In this document: positions 60,288 to 64,000 of the stretch, one piece after another
How the letters are laid out: each line of letters starts with the position of its first letter
Numbering within the stretch: the stretch's first letter is position 1
Assembly (NCBI GenBank): GCA_964016885.1
Contig: OZ024742.1
Coordinates: 21,080,001 to 21,144,000 of the forward strand
Length of the DNA: 64,000 nucleotides
Source: Eledone cirrhosa
Lineage: Eukaryota
Reading direction: 5' to 3'
Program-made: the position numbers and the translations under genes
The notes under the pieces: generated by a model
The model's input: only the letters and a program-made list of their open reading frames with translations
Databases searched by the model: none
Told to the model about the DNA's origin: nothing

Positions 60288-60361
<74 letters not shown>

Positions 60362-60398
60362 GTATGTATATATCTATATATATGTATATCTTGATAAG

Positions 60399-60438
<40 letters not shown>

Positions 60439-60596
60439 CCTATGTATATCTATATATATGTATATCTTCATAAGTATATATATAGATATTATATATATAT
60501 ATATATATACGTATGTATATATATATCTATATATATGTATATCTTCATAAGTATATATATATATATATACGTATGTATATCTATATCTATATATAT

Positions 60597-61189
60597 GTCA
60601 GGTCACCAGTTGGTGCTACTGGTAACATGTATCCCAGTACAACCTGTCCCATGGTCGGGTCGTTGGCGACTAAACTGGCAACCCCACCAAGGTTTCTTGG
60701 TGAGGAGGGTGACTTTGGACATCCTGCAGGACTAAAAAACAAAACCTGTCAAAGGGCAAAGGAGCTCTTAAGAGTCAATGGCCATCCAAAATCACCGAGA
60801 GAGATGACCCCTTAGCCTTTGTCAAGGCAGAATTCTAGGAGAAGGAAAACTCTGATATAACAGCTGCAACCCTGATGGTATCCAATGATGTTGACAGGTT
60901 CTTCTTTTTGGTAAATATCATCTTGGTTAAGATAGTTGGACTGGCTTTGTGCAGTGCCTTTGTTCACTATAAAAGCTTCAGGGCACAGGCATTGATTTGT
61001 ATCTGGAGATCTCTCTGCACATGTCGTCACATAGTACCATGGGCCCCGCAATAAGTGTCAATAATTGTCACAAGTGTTGTGTTTGTACCAGAGTTTTCAA
61101 GACTAAAAGGTCATTCATTCAGCGCATCGGTAGGGGTTCTTCTACATGGATATAAAATAGTGGCCGTACTCGAAAACGAGTTGGCAGCC
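60597..61189 (+). mobile_element. Non-autonomous RTE-like element, full copy
   Basis: Matches 55806-56413 with a small deletion. Confidence 0.85.
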
Positions 61190-61295
61190 GGTATATATAT
61201 ATATGTATATCTTCATAAGTATATATATATATTATATATATATATATATACTTATGAAGATATACATATATATAAATATATAGCTATATACATAA

Positions 61296-61460
<165 letters not shown>

Positions 61461-61532
61461 AGTGTGTGTGATTGTGTGAGTGTACATATGCTTATATATG
61501 TATAAATATATGAAGGTATATATGTATATATG

Positions 61533-61588
<56 letters not shown>

Positions 61589-62544
61589 AATATACATACA
61601 AACATTCATACATATATACATATGTGCACGCACGTCCATGTGTGTCTGTATGCGTAGATCTGTGAGTAGATATTTCTACCTAAAATGACACGCTGATTGT
61701 TTTTTCTATAATATTTCCTTACTATATCAAATGGAAGCTCATTTCTTTTATGTTCTGTATGGAAACTTCGGAGAAGATATATCTGAAAAGATATAAAACT
61801 ATTTGATGGACATTTAATATGTTCACGGAGTTGACGATGTCATTAAGTATTCAGAATATAGTCATGTATTAAAACGAAAGCAGGAAATTATCCCGTTTTT
61901 TTTTTAATCTAAGTGTTCTTTTTGGAAATTATCTATTCTTTATATAACTTTATTTCTTTCCGTTTTAAAATTATCTATTTTTTTATCATAAACTTATTTA
62001 GAATTCTTTCATTCCGTTTTTTGAATTTCTTCATATCAAATATATGCTGTTACATGTCAGCTTGCAGAGTTGTCTGGAGCTGCTCAAATTATGCTGCATA
62101 TATCAAGTGATGTTTTAAATTCAGAGAAATTCCCATGTTTCCGGTTCCATCATATGTCAGAGTTGCAGTATTTTATTTCTTGATTGTTGAAAACTGCTCA
62201 AGTAAATATTGATTTTGTTTTCATTAGGCTGAAATGTACTTTTACTTAAGGAAATGAAGAAAACAAACATTTATATTCGTTTCACTTGACTTGAATAAAT
62301 AATTGCTACTTACTCTATCGTCTCTGAGTTATAAATCTGGGAATTCCTCCAGTTGGGGTTTTAAAGACAGGTTAGTGTAAGTATCTTAAAGATGGAACTC
62401 TAAAATCTCGTTTAGTTAGTAACTAAAGAGACTTTAATACTTGATAAAGTCTGAGGATTATCGTCAAGAAACACGGCATGTTTAAGAATATTCAACCTGG
62501 CAGGGCCCAACCTTCGTCCGCTCCGAACACAGTCGATTTCTTAA

Positions 62545-62900
62545 GCCTAGTGATTTATTGGTATTATATTTAGCGACCTCGATAGAATAAAGTACCAGTA
62601 ATGCACTGATTTAATTGCCGGCCTTGTGCCAAAAGTAGAAACAATTATATTTATCGACCTCGGTGGATTGGCACTATCGGTAGAGGGTCGGACGCTCTGC
62701 TTTACAGCAAAGAGTTACGGCCCTTTATTGTCTGAGTTCAAATCCCGCCGAGGTTAACTTTGCCTTTCATCCTTACGATAAAATAAATTACCAGTAATAC
62801 ACTGAGATAATTGCTGGCCTTGTGCCAAAAGTAGAAACAATTATATTTATCGACCTCGAAAAGATGAAAGGCAAAATTGACCTCGGTGGGATTTGAAATC
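62545..62900. mobile_element. Cluster of SINE fragments in both orientations
   Basis: cggtggattggcactatcggtagag..gagttcaaatcccgccgaggttaactttgcctttcatcc, with a duplicated ggccttgtgccaaaagtagaaacaattat tail. Confidence 0.75.
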
Positions 62901-63019
62901 AGGGGCAGGGATCTAGGAAAAAGTTCTGATAAATTTTCAATCCGACGCTCCAAAGACGTTTCCAATTTGGAACCTTGTTTATTTAGCAAAATCTCTGTGT
63001 ATGTCAGCAGGGTATGTTA

Positions 63020-63318
63020 ATGTATATGGATAACACTGACACTTCGTCAGTTATGACGTTGAGTATTGCAGTTCATAGGATTAACGGAACAGCCTGCTTA
63101 TGAAATTAACGTAGTTCTCAGGATGATTTAGCATGCTGCAGAATGTGACAAGGCTGACCCTTAAAATTACAGGTACAACTACATCTTTCCAGCTGTTTGA
63201 ACTGGAGCAACGTGAATTAAATGGTCTTACTCAAGGACACAAGGCGTCGCCGAGAATCTAAATAATGAATTTACAAACGTGAGCTGAATACCTTAACCAC
63301 TAAGCCACTCGCCTTCAC
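63020..63318 (-). mobile_element. Decayed tRNA-derived SINE of another family
   Basis: actggagcaacgtgaatt..ctcaaggacacaa..ccttaaccactaagccac reads on the minus strand as a gtggcttagtggttaagg A-box head. Confidence 0.55.
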
Positions 63319-64000
63319 GTGATTAACATTCATACATCACAGGATGATGTATAGTTTATTAGAACGTACTAATATATTACTATTACTACCAGTAACGCAG
63401 TGGGTAATTGCTGGCCTTGTGTCTAAAGTAGAAACAATTACTAAATATATCAACCCTAGACCCTATGTCTCGCTAGAGGATGATTTTCAAGACTATTATC
63501 TTGACGCGCTGTTTCACAGTTAACACCTTCGGCGGATAACACATGAGAAACTAATCTGTAAATTCCTTTAAATTATTGAAGATAGAATGAAAATATTTCA
63601 TTACGTGTGCAATCTTTGAAGAGGCATACATATATTTCAGTTACTATAATTCCTTTATTAACAAGTTAGATGATGAAAAACGGTTGCATCCTAATCCTAT
63701 ACATATACTTTACACATGAATTCGGAATGTAGTTAAGGAAAACATTTTTTCATACCTTAAGAAAATATATATGATCTTCTGCACTTTTGTATCATTGTCG
63801 GCAATTTCTAGGAAACAAAAAAATCCTAACATTGACTGAAGATAAAAGAATCAAATTCCCATTCTCACTACCTCCGTCTTACTCGTTCTCCCCATCTTTT
63901 ACTCGTTCTCCCCATCTCTCACTATTATAAGCAAATGGCGGCTCAAGCGCTGATCAGCCCGCACCCGTCAGAATTAAGAAGGTGTTTCTCCGGAGGATGG

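Overview
This is an AT-rich eukaryotic (animal) repeat landscape with no recognisable host gene. The SINE and RTE-tail motifs resemble those of octopod cephalopods (inference from recalled motifs, not from a search). Much of the window is (TA)n/(TATATACA)n microsatellite, which produces most of the ORF track as YI-repeat artefacts. Inserted in these tracts are an apparently intact two-ORF Tx1/L1-clade LINE flanked by (ATCT)n (37756-43487) and a decayed copy of it, at least three families of Penelope-like elements (RT + GIY-YIG), fragments of R4-like, RTE and CR1 LINEs, a ~605 bp non-autonomous RTE-like element in 5 copies, tRNA-derived SINEs, a hAT-type MITE and a probable non-autonomous Helitron. 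The most striking signal is about 30 type I hammerhead ribozyme motifs from about 11 sequence-unrelated families, read by eye. Three families carry the compensatory U3-A8 core. Most sit in small non-coding elements built as fold-back palindromes or terminally redundant (retrozyme-like) units within (TA)n. These look like a set of Penelope-dependent, ribozyme-carrying non-autonomous retroelements. Folds and boundaries are manual and approximate, and activity is untested.
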